A stretch of DNA of 64,000 bases from the human T2T-CHM13v2.0 reference genome, Homo sapiens, in assembly GCF_009914755.1 (NCBI RefSeq), contig NC_060933.1; one strand, given 5' to 3'. The notes below the pieces were generated by a model. The model made no database searches. It saw nothing but the letters and a program-made list of their open reading frames with translations, and was not told the DNA's origin. Of the stretch, positions 38,030 to 53,595 are shown one piece after another (position 1 is the first letter of the stretch; each line of letters starts with the position of its first letter). The position numbers and the translations under genes are program-made.

Positions 38030-40527
38030 AGACGACAGGTTTTTTCCTTTTATTCATAAAAACAAATTTGCAACAATTTATTAAAAATCGATACCATGCA
38101 GTAGGGGTACGAGAAATTCCTCATTTACATTTGATTCTGGCAGTTCCAGTCTAATTTAAAGCGTTTTGTGCACTAACATCATTGGAAAATGCCTTCAGGC
38201 CGAAGCCTCTTCAGAAATGGACGGTGTGTTTGCTGCATATAAAAGAACAGAACCATTAAGTAGCTAGAGTCACTTCTGTGGGTCTTGTTATTTGCGAGGA
38301 AATTAAAAAAAAATGGGTGAACCTACAGTATCAGTAAGACAGAGAATGTACTTCGTGAGTTAACCTAGAAGACAGCGCACGCTCAGGAGTCACAAAGGGT
38401 TACAGACGCACAGGCTCACCTCCGACAGTCCAATACTTTTGTTTGTTTTCCTGCTATGCTGGAATAATATTTCTACAGGTATTTTTTTTTGTGTGTGTGT
38501 ATACATTATGTACAATTAATTGTCTCTTTCCCTTTGAAAAATTAATGTGGTCCTTTAAATTAAATTTGGTTTTGGTGAAATCAAGAAAGCAAGTAAATAC
38601 TGGTAATACACAGTGAGTGACAACACCGATTTTTAGTGCCTAAACAGAGAATGACTTCAACTTGACCTGTGATGTGTTAACATTTTTTTTTCCCTAAAAG
38701 CTACAGTACCTCCATAACCTCTCTTTGGGGAAGGGGAGCAGAAAGCTATGCTACGTGAAATAGGGTGCTTTGAAATGTTGGCATTGGTAAGATTCCTGTG
38801 GGCCCTTTTGTCAAAGCCTGGTGGAGAAAACAGTTTATTCCTGACTGCAGTGGTTCTGGGAAGAGATTATTGCCTGCCTGTTGAAGCTGCCAATAGGTTT
38901 CTTTAGGGAGTGAGCGAGCTGCTCAGTTGTGCAGACATCCTGGACATTGTCATTCAGGCCTTTCTTGAGCAAAGAATGAACCTGTCTAGGAATGTCAGAA
39001 AAGTCACTGGGAGCCTCCCTCCAGCCCGGATGTTCTGGGTAGAGGGCTGTGCTGGAAGCTTCTCTGGGCCACACCCCCGGCTGTAGGGAGGGCTGAAGGT
39101 CAGAGTCATACTCATACCTCACGGATCAGGGCGGCTTCACTGTTTGGTACAAAGCTTTCCTGGACAAGATCAAGTTTCAATCCTCAGAGTGACCTTGTGA
39201 GGTAGGCAGGACAGGTGTTTTAGTTCAACCCCAAGTTACAGAGGGGAAACTGAGGCTCAGAGAGACACTAGTGACCTGATCAAAGTCACGTAGGGAGTGG
39301 GCAGGGGACTGAGGACTTGAACCCAGGTCTGTCTGACTCCCAGGCCAGTGCTCTTAGGGGCTCAATTTAAAGGGAGGAATGATCTTATGAATGAGAATCA
39401 ATCTGCTGACTGATCACCCCAGTGATCCCAAGGGGAGAGCTCACTGGCTTGTCTGGATGGAAGGCTGCCTTCTGGAAGCCAAGGGAAGCCCTCAGCCAGC
39501 AACTCTCTCCCCTATGTCTACGGGGATGTCTTTTAGCAGAGTGCCTCCAATTCACTTTGGTCAGAAACAAAGTTAGTGGGAAAAAAAAAAAAAAAATCCC
39601 AGCCAGCCCTTGGGCCCTGATGAGAGAGGTTAAAGTGCACAATCTTTCTTTATCGTGTTTGCTGGGAACAGACATTCCATGATTAGCTCGGGTGGTCCCC
39701 CTGGTTACTGGGAGCATCCGATAGGAACACAAGGACATGGCCAACGTGGTGGGTGCATGACAGACTGTCGGTGAATGCTGCAGAGCGTGTCTGCAGTGAC
39801 GTGCCCTAAATCCCCACGGTCCCAGGAATGGGTGTTATTGTGTTAACGTGTGGCATTTACCAGAGTAACAAACATCTCATTGGGTGACACAGGTCCCATG
39901 TGGAGCATGTAAGTCAGCCTGCTCCAGTGCCGCAGCCCTCGGCCTGCCTGCTCCAGGGCTGTGCCTGTCTGCGCTCCTGCAGACTCCCTGTTCCAGGAAG
40001 GCTGGGGTCAGCTGGCCTGGCAGCTGGGGGCCTGGTGGCCCTTCCCACCTCCTCCCCCAGAGTGGAGAAGGGCTAGCCTGAGGGGTCACAGCCAGTGATG
40101 TGTGTGCAGAGGCAGTTTCTTCAGAAGCTCCTTGCCTCTTCCCAAGGCTGCTCGAGCCACTCCGTGACTTCCAGCTGGAGTTCTAGTGCCTCTCTCCTTG
40201 TCTAGTTTTTTTGTTTTTTTTTTTTTTTTTTTTTTTTTGCAAGTTTGATATCCCAGCGCCTCCTTGTTTGCAGATGTTAAGGAAGACGTCCCATTTCCGT
40301 TCCTCTTCTTTGTGAAGAAATAAGGACTTCACAAATAAGGCTCGAGGTCAGGTGCCAAGTCTCCCCCTGCCCCGTCCTGTCCACCTGAGTGCCATCCGAG
40401 TGGTCCTGAGAGGCCAGCCATGGTGCCCAGCTTCTCCGCAGCCAGAGCCGACAGTGTTTCTGCAGCAGACCCCTCTGCCCAGTGTGGTTCTGTCACGGGG
40501 GAGGCCCCGGGCCCAGGCCTCCCACCC
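38030..40527 (-). other. GABBR2: GABBR2 3'UTR (~2.5 kb)
   Basis: Follows the stop codon. The distal part is AT-rich, lacks recognisable repeats and ends in tandem AATAAA signals. Contains a MIR-like segment (~39170-39360). The exact 3' end is inferred. Confidence 0.8.
38049..38082 (-). terminator. GABBR2: Tandem poly(A) signals of GABBR2
   Basis: TTTATT on the plus strand (AATAAA on minus) at 38077-38082 and 38049-38054. Confidence 0.8.
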
Positions 40528-40740
<213 letters not shown>

Positions 40741-40988
40741 TTACCAGAAAGTTCCTTGGACTTGCTTTGGCTAAAAAAGCTGATGACAGGAGCATATTTT
40801 TCTCTGAATCCAAGATCTGTCCATCCAATCATCTAACCATTCAGCAATCCAGCAGGTATTTAATGAGGGCCCATATGTACCAGCTACTGCCCTGGGAATG
40901 ACCAGGGAGACTTGAATAAACAAGGGAGATGAATTTTCTCGAGCTTTGGGCCAGGATTTGGTGGTTATTATAAATACCCTAGCAGAAA

Positions 40989-41280
40989 AGATGCTCCTTG
41001 ACTTACGATGGGGTTACATTCCCATAAACCCATTGTAAGTTGAAAATATCGTAAGTTGAAAAATGCATTTAATCCACCTAACCTACCAAATATCCTAGCT
41101 GAGCCTCGCCTACCTTAAATGTGCTCAGAACACTTACAGTTGGGCCATATCATCTAACACAAGGCCTATTTTATAAAAAAGTGTTAAATATCTCATGCAA
41201 TTTACTGAATACTGTACTGAATGTGTATCACTTTCACACCATTGTAAATTTGAAAAATGGTAAGTTGGGGACTGTCTGTA
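40989..41280 (+). mobile_element. MER47-like Tigger-derived DNA element in the last GABBR2 intron
   Basis: AGATGCTCCTTGACTTACGATGGGGTTAC start and GTAAGTTGGGGACTGTCTGTA end form imperfect terminal inverted repeats. Confidence 0.7.
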
Positions 41281-43727
41281 TTACTAAGGACAAAGCTTTG
41301 CCTTTCTATCAGGGCTTTGCTGCAAACCAGATAGTTCGCATTCTCTACTCTTGCAAACCTCCACAGGGCTTTCAGTTTCATCCCTGAAAGACTTCTCGCC
41401 TGCTCCATCCTTCCTCTCTCCCGTCTGCCTCTGCTTTGCCCAGGACCGCATCTCTTCTTGCTGGGCCAATTCCCACAGGCTCTTCCAGCTTCTTTGGTAA
41501 CTAGTGTTATCTTTCCAACACTAGGAAGCCAAGGAAGGGAAAAAAAGGGACACTGATGTGATATTTGGGGCCCCCTAAGTTCCATCTTTGGATCAGAATT
41601 TTCCAGGTGAATCTTCCATCCTTTCCACCTGTAAGCCCTGCCCTCTGGCAGCCAGTTTCCCTGGAAACCCTGCTCCTGGGTGCTCTTCTGCTGTTTCCCT
41701 GTCTGGAAGACTCTTTCTCTGCTTCCTGACATGATGAACTGTGTCTCCTTCAAGATCCAGTTTAAATATCACCTTGTTTGTGCTCACTCTCTGCTAGGAG
41801 AACCCTTCCTCTGCTAAGCAGAACCCTAGGTAAATACTCAGAAATGAAGCCAGAAAAAGCTGGAGGCAAGATGGAGCTGGGTGTGGGTTAGCACGTGATG
41901 GAGGAGCAGCAAGGGAAAAGGGAGCTGCCCTCTGACTCCCTTCTCATTGCCACACCCTTCTGGTCTTAATGACTGTCATGTCACTTTGTTGAAAAGGCTG
42001 CTTGCGGCAAATGTGCCCAGGTGACTGCTCCTCTGCTCGGCTCAGCTGCATTCTTGCACAGTTCTCCATGGGTGCAACTTTCACACCGCATTCCTTGAGA
42101 GAAGGGACTGAGTTCTTATGCCTTCTTGTGTTCCCAGTGCCTGGCCACTCACGTGCAAAAAAGCGAAAAACAAAAACCCCAGAGCTTAACAGACACCCAA
42201 TAGGCAAAAGAAATACTGCTATTCCCATTATAAAGAAGAGGGAAGAGTACAGAGTTCAGGTAACTTCCCCATGGAAACAAAACCAGAACTGGGGAAGCTG
42301 GAATTCTTGCTGCTTCTGTTCAACCACATTGTTTTGTGGTGGAGGCGAATCAACTCATGGGGGCAGCCTTATCCCAACTGGGTGTGCCCTTGGGGTTCAT
42401 TTAGGTCACTGGTGGGTTCTGAGATAGATGGGTACAGACGAAGTGCTGCCCACACTTTCCAGAAAGATTCCTCCCAAGAGACACCTCACAGGTGTGCATG
42501 GAACTACAGTGTTGGAGATCTCATTCTGAAGTTAAAGTTGGACCTGTATAATGTCAGCTGAAGTCTGTGTCTTAAGGCAAGATCATGCTGGCAAGAAGTC
42601 CAGGACAAAAAGGGAAGAATAAACTGTGACCTGGGAAAAGGGTGTCCTGTCCAAGCACCCAGGGCAGGGCTATCTGCCTAGGCAAGGTGGGTCCTGTGGT
42701 TGTCAGAGCATTCTTCTGTCTGTTAGGATCCTGTTCACCTTTCATTCATTCAACAAATGCTTGTCAAGAACCTATTCACTGGCAGAACCTGTGTTCGGTG
42801 CAGGGGACACATGAAGGACTCATAACTTACTCTCAAGGTGCTTACACTCTACTGGAGGCAACTGCTAGGCAAACTGCTGACAAATTCCATGTAACTCTCA
42901 CTCACTGTCCTGGACTGTAAGCTGGCCAGGCCTTGGAGCTAGTTGGGTTGACAGGCCCTTAGCTCTAATACTAAAGAGCCCCAAATGATGCTGCAATTGG
43001 TGATTTGGCTGCTTTTGCTGGTTCCTCATTGCTTGTCACTTCCAGAGGCCAAGTTTCAAAGTTTGTATTTCCAGCTTCTGCTTCCAATGTGCTATAAGAT
43101 GGGAAGGCCTAAAATTGCCTGTGGGAACAAAGCTAACAGAGATGTTCAGGTCTTTGCTTTGATGTCACCATCTCATTGAGTCTTCTCTGACCACCCTATT
43201 TAAAATGACACTCCCTGACCCCCTTCTGTGCTTTTCCTCCAAAGCTCCTATTGTTTGACATGCCACTTCTTGCTTTTTAATTAAGCTATCAGCCTCCTAG
43301 ATAGAATGGAAGCTCTATGAAGATAGGAATTTTAGTCCGTTTTCTTCACCGCTGTAACCCTAGCACCTATGCCTGACATACAGGAGGTCTCAGTAAACTG
43401 TTAAGTAAATGCATTTAGCAAGGTTAAATTTTACACATAACAAAGGCAGCGTCTTGTGGTAGACAACATGGGATTTGATGTTGGAAAGATGTGAGTTCAA
43501 GTCCTACTTCCTGCATGTAGCAATTGAGTGACCTTTGGCAAGTCACCTCCCCTTTTTGAATATTAGTTTTTCATCTGTAAAAAGAGCACTGTAATTGGAC
43601 TGCATCATGGGATGGCTGTGGAAAGCAAATAAAATAATGGATGTGAAAACATCGTGCAAATTGCAAACTCTTGTGCAGGAGTGACGTATTTCTTCTTCAG
43701 TTATAATTCTCAAGGAGAAGGTACTTA

Positions 43728-43886
<159 letters not shown>

Positions 43887-45014
43887 TTAGTTTTTAAAAA
43901 TCAACAATGCAACTTTTTGTAGGATGATGCCCCAAGAGACAGAATGCAAAAGAGCCCATTATCCCTCTGTGTTCTCTAAGCTGAGGTCTGTGTAGTGGCT
44001 CTCCCGGGACCAAGGCGGTGAGCTGAGAAGCCTCCAGCAGTCAGGGATGGAAGCAATGTGCTGGGGATGTGTGTGGCATGCCCCACGCTCTCCTTTCCAA
44101 GAACAAAAAGGGGAAAATCAAGTCGACTAATGTAGGAAACATAACTTAGAAACAAGAGGTTCTAACATTCTTTTTCACAGGCACATAGGGATGTAAGACA
44201 AAGAAAAAACCTCCAAGGTATATTTTTCATAGAGCAGCAAAGATTGCAAAGAAAAAGAATAGTCAGTAAACTGCTGGTGGGAGAATAAATGGACATAATC
44301 TTACTGGGGGCACTGCTGATCTGTGTCAAACACCATAAAAGGACCTATTTTTTACCCGGAATTTCCACTTCTCGAAATTATCCTAAGGAAATAATTAAGG
44401 ATCTGTGCAAAGATATATACAAGATGTTCAACCTCGGCATCTTTTTTTTTTTTTTCTGTCACTCAGATCGTGCCACCAGTGGCATTATCTTGGCTCACTG
44501 CAACTTCCACCTCCCAGGTTCAAGCAATTCTCCTGTGTCAGCTCCAAGCAGCTAGGACTACAGGCACATGCCACCATGCCCAGCTAATTTTTTGTATTTG
44601 TAGTAGAGATGGGGTTTCACCATATTGGTCAGGGTGGTCTCGAACTCCTGACCTCAGGTGATCCAACTGCCTTAGTCTCCCAAAGTGCTAGGATTACAGG
44701 TGTGAGCCGCTGCGCCCAGCCACAACCTCAGCATCATTTATAATATTAAAATGTTGGAACTCATCTGAATTTGGTAATAATGGATTAGTTACAGAAGTTA
44801 TAGGACCTCCATTCAAAATAATATTGTGTAGCCACAAAATATGTGATTCAAATTCTCTCAACTCTCTCTGTGCTTCAGGACCATACAAGGAGATTTAAAG
44901 AAATATAAAAATCAGGTTCCCACCCGAGATTTGGATTCATGTGGTCTGGAGGGGTCTTTGTTTTTGCTCCAGTGGGCAACCTTATATGTATGTCATTTTG
45001 CACCTACGTGTGTA

Positions 45015-45978
45015 CAGTTGATCCTCATTATTCATGAATTTTGTATTTGCGAACTCTTCTTCTGACTAAAATTTATTTGTAATCCCCAAATCAATATTTC
45101 AATGCTTTTGTGGTCATTTGCTGACATGCACGGTGTGGGAAAATGTGAGTTGCATGATGCACGTGTTCCCAGCTGAGGTTGAGCAAGGTGATGCACTGCC
45201 TTAGCGCTTAGCTTTTATATTGTAAATAAGTATCTTCCTGAAGGTTATTTAGTGACATGTTTTTCACATTTTGTGCTGTGTGTTGGTGAGTTTGCTGTTT
45301 AAAATGGCCCCCAAGCACAGCGCTGAAGTGCTGGCTAGTGTCCCTAAGCACAAGAGGGCTGTGATGTGCCTTATGGAGAGAAAATACATGAGTTAGATAA
45401 GCTTCCATCAGGCATGAGCTATAGTGCTGTTGGCTGTGAGTGCAATGCTAATTAAACCATATATATTAAATGAGATGTCTTTTTTTTTGAGACGGAGTCT
45501 CACTCTGTCTCCAGGAGGAGTGCCGTGGTGCCATCTTGGGCTCACTGCAACCTCCGCCTCCCAGGTTCATGTGATTCTCCTGCCTCAGCCTCCCAAGTAG
45601 CTGGGACTACAGGCACGTGCTACCATGCCCGGCTAATTTTTGTATTTTCAGTGGAGACAGGGTTTCACCATGTTGGCCAGGATGGTCTCGATCTCTTGAC
45701 CTCGTGATCCGCCCACTTTGGCCTCCCAAAGTGCTGGGATTACAGGCTTGAGCCACTGTGCTCAGCCTAAATAAGATGTCTTTAAAGAGAAACATGCATA
45801 CAACAAAATTATATATTGATTGGTGGACAAAAATGTCAGCTTGTGATGTCAGCCTGTGAGAGATTCCCAGGAACTAATCCTGTATAGGAGCAATGGTTCA
45901 GTATTCACAATCCACTGTTGATGGAGGCTTTACAGAAAGAACATAACTACCGCTACGGTGAATCAGCAGAATCGACTG
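45015..45978 (-). mobile_element. MER82-like Tigger element with an Alu inserted (45480-45767)
   Basis: Terminal inverted repeats CAGTTGATCCTC and GAATCGACTG, each flanked by a TA target duplication. Confidence 0.7.
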
Positions 45979-45989
45979 TATATCCATAC

Positions 45990-46382
45990 TGCTATGGTCT
46001 GAATGTGTCCCCCCAAATTCATGTGTTGAAACTGAATGACCAATGTGATAGTGTAAGAGGTGGGGCCTTTAGGAGGTAATTAAGTCGTGAAGGCGGAGCC
46101 CGCATGGATGAGGTTAGGGCCCTTACAAAAGGGCTTGAGAAAGTGGGTTTACCCCTTCCACTCCTTCTGCCACATGAAGATGTAGAGTTCCTCCCCTCCA
46201 GAGGATGCAGCAATCCAGGTGCCATCTCAGAAGTGGAGGCTGGACCCTCCTCAGACACTGAACCTACTGGCACCTTGATTTAGGACTCCCCAGCCTCCAG
46301 AACTGTAAGAAATACATTTCTGTTGTTTATAAATTACCAAGTCTGCAGTATTGTGTTACAGCAGCACAAACAGACTAAGGCA
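45990..46382 (+). mobile_element. MST-type MaLR solo LTR
   Basis: TGCTATGGTCTGAATGTGTCCCCCCAAATTCAT...AACAGACTAAGGCA. Confidence 0.78.
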
Positions 46383-47256
46383 TGGAGAACAAATCCCAAA
46401 AGTGGGATTGCTGGGTCTGAATGATTTCTGTTTCAACCAGCAGCATTTGAGAATGCCTCTCTTATAACCTGTTGCCTGGCACTCTGAGCAGCTTTTTGAT
46501 CTCTGATCTTCGCCAGTCTTTGAGGCAAAAATGGTATCTCATTGCAGATTTAATTTGCATTCCTTTAATAAGGAATGAGATTGATCATCTTTTCATAAGT
46601 GTAAGAACAATTTCCAGTTCCTTTTATGAGAACTCTCTTTTGCTCATTTTTCTTTTGAGATGTTGGTCTTTTTCTTACTAATTGGTATATAATTATACAT
46701 ACTTTTTGTATTGTTACACATCATTTCTCCTTATATATAAGGGCATAAGCTTGTTATCTGAGTTAATTTTTGGCTTTGTTTGATTTTTTTGACTGTACTT
46801 ATCATGGCTTTTGCATTATGAAAGAAATTCTTTTTGTACCTAAATTTATCAACCTTTCCTTTTGTGATTTCTGTTTTGCATCAAACTGAGACAGGTCCTC
46901 CACTCTCTGAGATTATTTTTTAAAAATTTTACTTTGGTTTCTTCTAGTACTTTCATGTTTTCATTTTTTATATTTAAATATTTTATTCATTGGAATTAAT
47001 TTTTGTGTAGGTGTGAGTTTAGGATCTACCTTATTCTCCTCCAGATGCCTACCCATTTATCCCAATGAAATTTATTGAATAATTCATTTTTCCCACAAAT
47101 TTAAAATGCCCACTTTTACCAGATACGAAAGTTATTAGAAGTAATTTTTATTCTTGTAATTTCCTTGTTATCTCAATTTAAACGTTTTTGCAATAACCAT
47201 GTTATATAATATTAATTATAGAATATTGCTACTGTAATAAGACCACTTACTACTTA

Positions 47257-48024
<768 letters not shown>

Positions 48025-48985
48025 TCACTCACTTTCCACAATACCATTTCTTTTCACACGAGTGAATACTGTTAGCAATTTGGTGTTTGTTTTTCTAAAC
48101 CTTTTAAAAAATGCATTCACACACACATGTATGCATTTGTGTGTCCCATAATCATAATGTTGGCTTTCATCTTGCTTTTTTCACCTGGAGATCTTTCCAT
48201 ATCTGCACAAGTAGACCCACCTCACTTTTTAATAGCTATAAAATGTGCCATGTTTTGCTATATCTTAATTAATGAAACCACCCCCAAATAATGAACATTT
48301 AAGTTAACTGCAGTTTTTCTCACCTACAGACAGCACTGTGATGAACATCTCTGTGTTCATCTCTGCACACCTGGGAGTATTTGCAAGGGGCAGGTTCCTG
48401 CTAGTAGAACTGCCAGGTCAAGAGGTTTAACATGGAGCATTTAGACAGTGCTAGACTGACTTCTAATGCATTGCAGGAGAATGCTCATTTCCAAATACTC
48501 TTACCAACTCTGGTAACCTTTAAAATTTTTTTTCTAAAAGGTAGGCAAAAATGGTTTGTGGTTTTTTTTAAATTTATTTTTGTAGAGATGGGGTCTTGCT
48601 ATGCTGTCCAGGCTGATCTCAAATTCCTGGACTCAAAGAGATTCTCTAGCCTTGGCCTCCCAAAATGCTGGGATTACAGGCATGAGCCATTGCACCTGGC
48701 AGGTTTGTGTTATTGTAGCTTGCAATTCCCAAGTGGGTGGTGAGATTAAGCATTCTATCATAACTAACTGACCATTCTTTTCTTGCACATTGATGAGGTG
48801 TGTTTGAAACTGTGAAATATCGTTCAGAGAAGAAAGGGTAAACTATTCGCTAAGAACAAAAGGGAAAATAAAATGTGCCTGCCCCCAGTCAGGACACTGG
48901 GAATGCTGGCCCCACTGTGTAGGTGTGGAACTGCAAGCCGAGGGATGAGAAATCGAAGACCCAGGCCCAGGCAGGGTGGGGCTCA

Positions 48986-49297
<312 letters not shown>

Positions 49298-50233
49298 CTA
49301 GAAGACAAAGGTTCCAGTTGAGTCAGGTCCCTGGCCCAGCCCTGGCAGCTAGGCCACTAGGGCCAAAAGGTAGCTCACAGGGCTGGGCCTTTACCTGTAT
49401 TCAGGAGTGCCCTGAGAATCAGAGGGGTTACTGCATTTTGGTGAGGAGATGCAGAAGGATCCTGGCGGCTCTTTGTTCAAGGAGAAGCTATGATAAGAGG
49501 GACCTGGGCTTTGCAATTATGTGTTCAGTGTAGGCTTGGGCCTTGATGAAGCAGACAAGCAAGCTCAGGGAGGAAGGGCAGGGAGAGCATACGAGCTCAG
49601 GCTCTGGACAGGCCTTATGCAAACCCAAGGCTGCCCCTTACTTGCAGTGATGTTCTTCTGGCTTGTGAGAACCCAGTCTCAATTTCTTTTTCTGTAGAAT
49701 GGGGTAATAATAGTACCTACCTCAGGGGGAGGTTGTGCAGATCAAACAAGATAATACATGGAAAGTTTAGCCCAGTGTCTGAAACATAATAAGGGCAACT
49801 TGCTACTATAATAATATTACTATTATTACAGGGTCTCACTCTGTCACCCAGATTAGAGTGCAGTGGTGCAATTATAGCTTACTGCAACCTTGATCTCCTA
49901 GGCTCAAGCAATCCTCCTGTCTCACCCTCCTGAGTAGCTGGGACTACACGTGCATGCTACCATGTCTGGCTAATTTTTTTTTTTTTTGGTAGAGATGGGG
50001 TCTCTCTATGTTCCTCAGGCTGGTCTTGAACTCCTGAGCTCAAGCAATCCTCCCACTTTGGCCTCCCAAAGTGCTGGGTTTACAGGCATGAACTACTGTG
50101 CCTGGCCTTATAATTACTATTACTGATACTTAATAGGACCCACAGTGGAGGACAGACATGCAGGGCTCGCGAGCTCTGAGCCTCACACTATCATGGAGAC
50201 TCTGACCTGCAGGGTCTCACTCAGAGGAGTTAA

Positions 50234-50485
<252 letters not shown>

Positions 50486-50509
50486 TAGTCGGGATGGGTG
50501 TTGAACATC

Positions 50510-51398
50510 TGTGATATTACCATATCTGTATAATAGAATGGCTTTCATCCATGATTCCTGGCTGCTATATCTCTTGTAAGAGTCTTTTGTTATAATGTTG
50601 GGGCATTTCAGGCCTCAGGAGCGGGCCTCATGAAACAGAATCACTCTCTCTGACCTTCTCCTGTCCTTTCTCACCTGCTCAAGGCAGGACTGTAATCTGA
50701 TGTAGGTCAAAAGACCTTTATCACAGAGAGAGAGTCTTGCCCCATACCCTGGAGGAAGGAATGCTACAGAGAGGCCAAGAAAATTCTGAGCAGAAAGGCC
50801 TTGCTGGGTTTAGATCATGCATTTTTGTCCAATCACATTTCTACACAGTTGTCAGTCATGCCTCGTGTAATGAAGCCTCCATAAAAACTCAAAAGAACAG
50901 GGTATGAAGATCTTCTGGGTAGCTGAACACGTGAAGGTTCCTGGAGCATGGGGCCCAGGGAGGCAGGGAAGCTCCACACCCCTTCACCCGTCCTCGCTCT
51001 GTGCATCTCTTCATTCATGTCCTTGGTAATAAGCTGGTAAATGTGTTTCCCTGGGTTCCGTGAGCCCCTCTAGCAAATTAATTCAACCCAAAGCAGGATC
51101 CTGGGAGTCCCAACTTGAAGCTGGCTGGTCAGAAGTTCCAGAGGCCTGACTTATGACTGGTATCTGAGGGTAGGGTGGGGGTCAGGGGGAGCCTTGGGGA
51201 CTGAGCCCTCAACCTGTGGGATCTGAAGCTATCTCTAGATATGTAGCATTGGATTTGAACTGGAGGCACCCAGCGGGTGCCTGCTGCTCGTTGGTGGGGA
51301 AAACCCCACACACATTTGGTCACAGAAGTCTTCTGCGTTGACTGTTGTGTTGGTGCAAGAGCACAGGAAAAACATGGTTAGAGGATTTTTCCAAACAG
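50510..51398 (+). mobile_element. MER21-like ERV solo LTR in a GABBR2 intron
   Basis: TG...CA ends, with ACATTTGGTCACAGAAGT and TCTAGCAAATTAATT motifs recalled from MER21. Confidence 0.65.
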
Positions 51399-51889
51399 CA
51401 TCCTGCTGTAGTATAAGGGAGGAGACCTGATAAACTATCAGAGGCTGTTCTGATGTCAGGAACACAGCCATGAAATTGTTTAACACGTTTTCATGTGGAG
51501 GAGGAGGGAAAGAGATACTCTTTTCTATGTGACTTAAATGGCAGGAGTAGGATCAAAGGGTGGGGACAACAGGAGGCCAGATTGTGATTCATTTCCGGGA
51601 AAAATAACACAACATTTAAGAGTTTTAAATAGTGGCCTGGGTTTCCTAATGTGACTGAACTCTTCATTGCTGAAGTGTGCAAGTAGAAGTGAAATGCAGT
51701 GACATGGTCGTACTCATCAGGAGAGGTCTGATATTGAAACAGAGCCTGTAATGGGCTTTGGGGGACAGAAACCCTTCTTAGTTTGCTCTGGCAGCTGATG
51801 GTGGGTTACCTCATCCTAAAGCAGTCATCTTTAGGTGCACAGACAACTGTATGGTGGCTCTCTGTGGCAGAATTCTGTGAGCCCCCCAA

Positions 51890-52076
51890 AGGGCGGCCAG
51901 ATCTAGCAAATAAAAATCCAGAATGTCCAGTCAAATTTGAGTTTCAGATAATGGGTTCTTTTTTAGTATAAGTATATTCAAGTATTACTTGGGCTAAACT
52001 TTTACTGAAAATATGATTGGTTGTTGATCTGAAGTCTGAATTTAACTGGGCATCCCATATCTAATCTGGCAACCCT
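51890..52076. mobile_element. MER53 palindromic MITE
   Basis: AGGGCGGCCAGAT...CCAGTCAAATTTGAGTTTCAGAT mirrored by ATCTGAAGTCTGAATTTAACTGG...ATCTGGCAACCCT. Confidence 0.78.
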
Positions 52077-53031
52077 ATGTCTCACTTCTTCCTTGCAGCT
52101 GTCCAGCTAGAGACGACGTTTCCCAGCCTCTCCTCTCACTAGGTGTGCTCATGTCAGTTTTTGTTGATGTGACTAGGGCAGAACCAAAATATGCACAATT
52201 TTTGGTGTTACTGCTTAAAAGGCAATCCCTCATGTGGACTTTCTATCTCTTCCCCTCCTGACACTGTGAACAGGACATGCTGTCCACCCAGCTCTCCCGC
52301 TATGAATGAAGAGAACACCCTGGAGAGTGGGGAAAACCAGAGGGCAGGAACCAAGCCCAGCAATGACCTTGGGGAGCAGAGCTGCCCCAACCGGGCCCTC
52401 TCTTTTCACGGCCATTAGGTAAAAGGGAAATAAACATATTTTCTCTGGGCCACTTTATTTTGGGGCCTTGTTTAGCCAGCATTGTAACCAATGTACTTTC
52501 CTTGGTCCCTTTCCTGTCCCCCTCCCTAATCAGAATTCCTCTATTAAAGCAACACACAGCCTGCAGAGCACGGGTTCAGGCATACCTCCAACCCAAAGGG
52601 AGGGGTAGAGGAGGGGAGGTAATTTGTTTTCCCTTCCCTGGTCTACAAGCCAAGCCTGGCTTGGGCACAAGGCAATCTGGCTATGGTCTCTCTGGAATAT
52701 TCAAGAACCAGTTGAGAACCCTCAGGACAAAGGCGAGGTCTGCTGCAGCACTCTCTCTTGAAAAGTTTCTTTTCACTTTCTCTTCTCTTGTACATCACAT
52801 AGATGTGGTGGTTGCTGGGTTGTGCTGGGAGAGTGAAAAACTGAGAGGGAGAGAGACACAGATAAAGAGACACTGACGTAGGAAGCTATGATAATCCAGA
52901 AGCTCACAAATCTCCCTGAGTTCCTTTCTGTCTGGGGATGGCTTGAATCAGGTGTTGCTGGCCTCCAAGAGCCTGGGTGAGGTGGGCAATAAGCTCATGT
53001 TGGATTCTGACAAATGCCTCTGTGTGGTTTA

Positions 53032-53595
<564 letters not shown>

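Noticed and set aside
39555-39561. Single miR-9 seed match in the GABBR2 3'UTR
   Set aside because: One isolated 7-mer in 2.5 kb is weak evidence without conservation data.
40204-40238. A-rich tract in the GABBR2 3'UTR as a proximal poly(A) site
   Set aside because: It is a genomic A run with no adjacent upstream AATAAA, so it is more likely to cause oligo-dT internal priming artefacts.
41202-41753. 183-aa ORF in the last GABBR2 intron
   Set aside because: Non-ATG start, runs into a MER47-like element and has no protein-family features.
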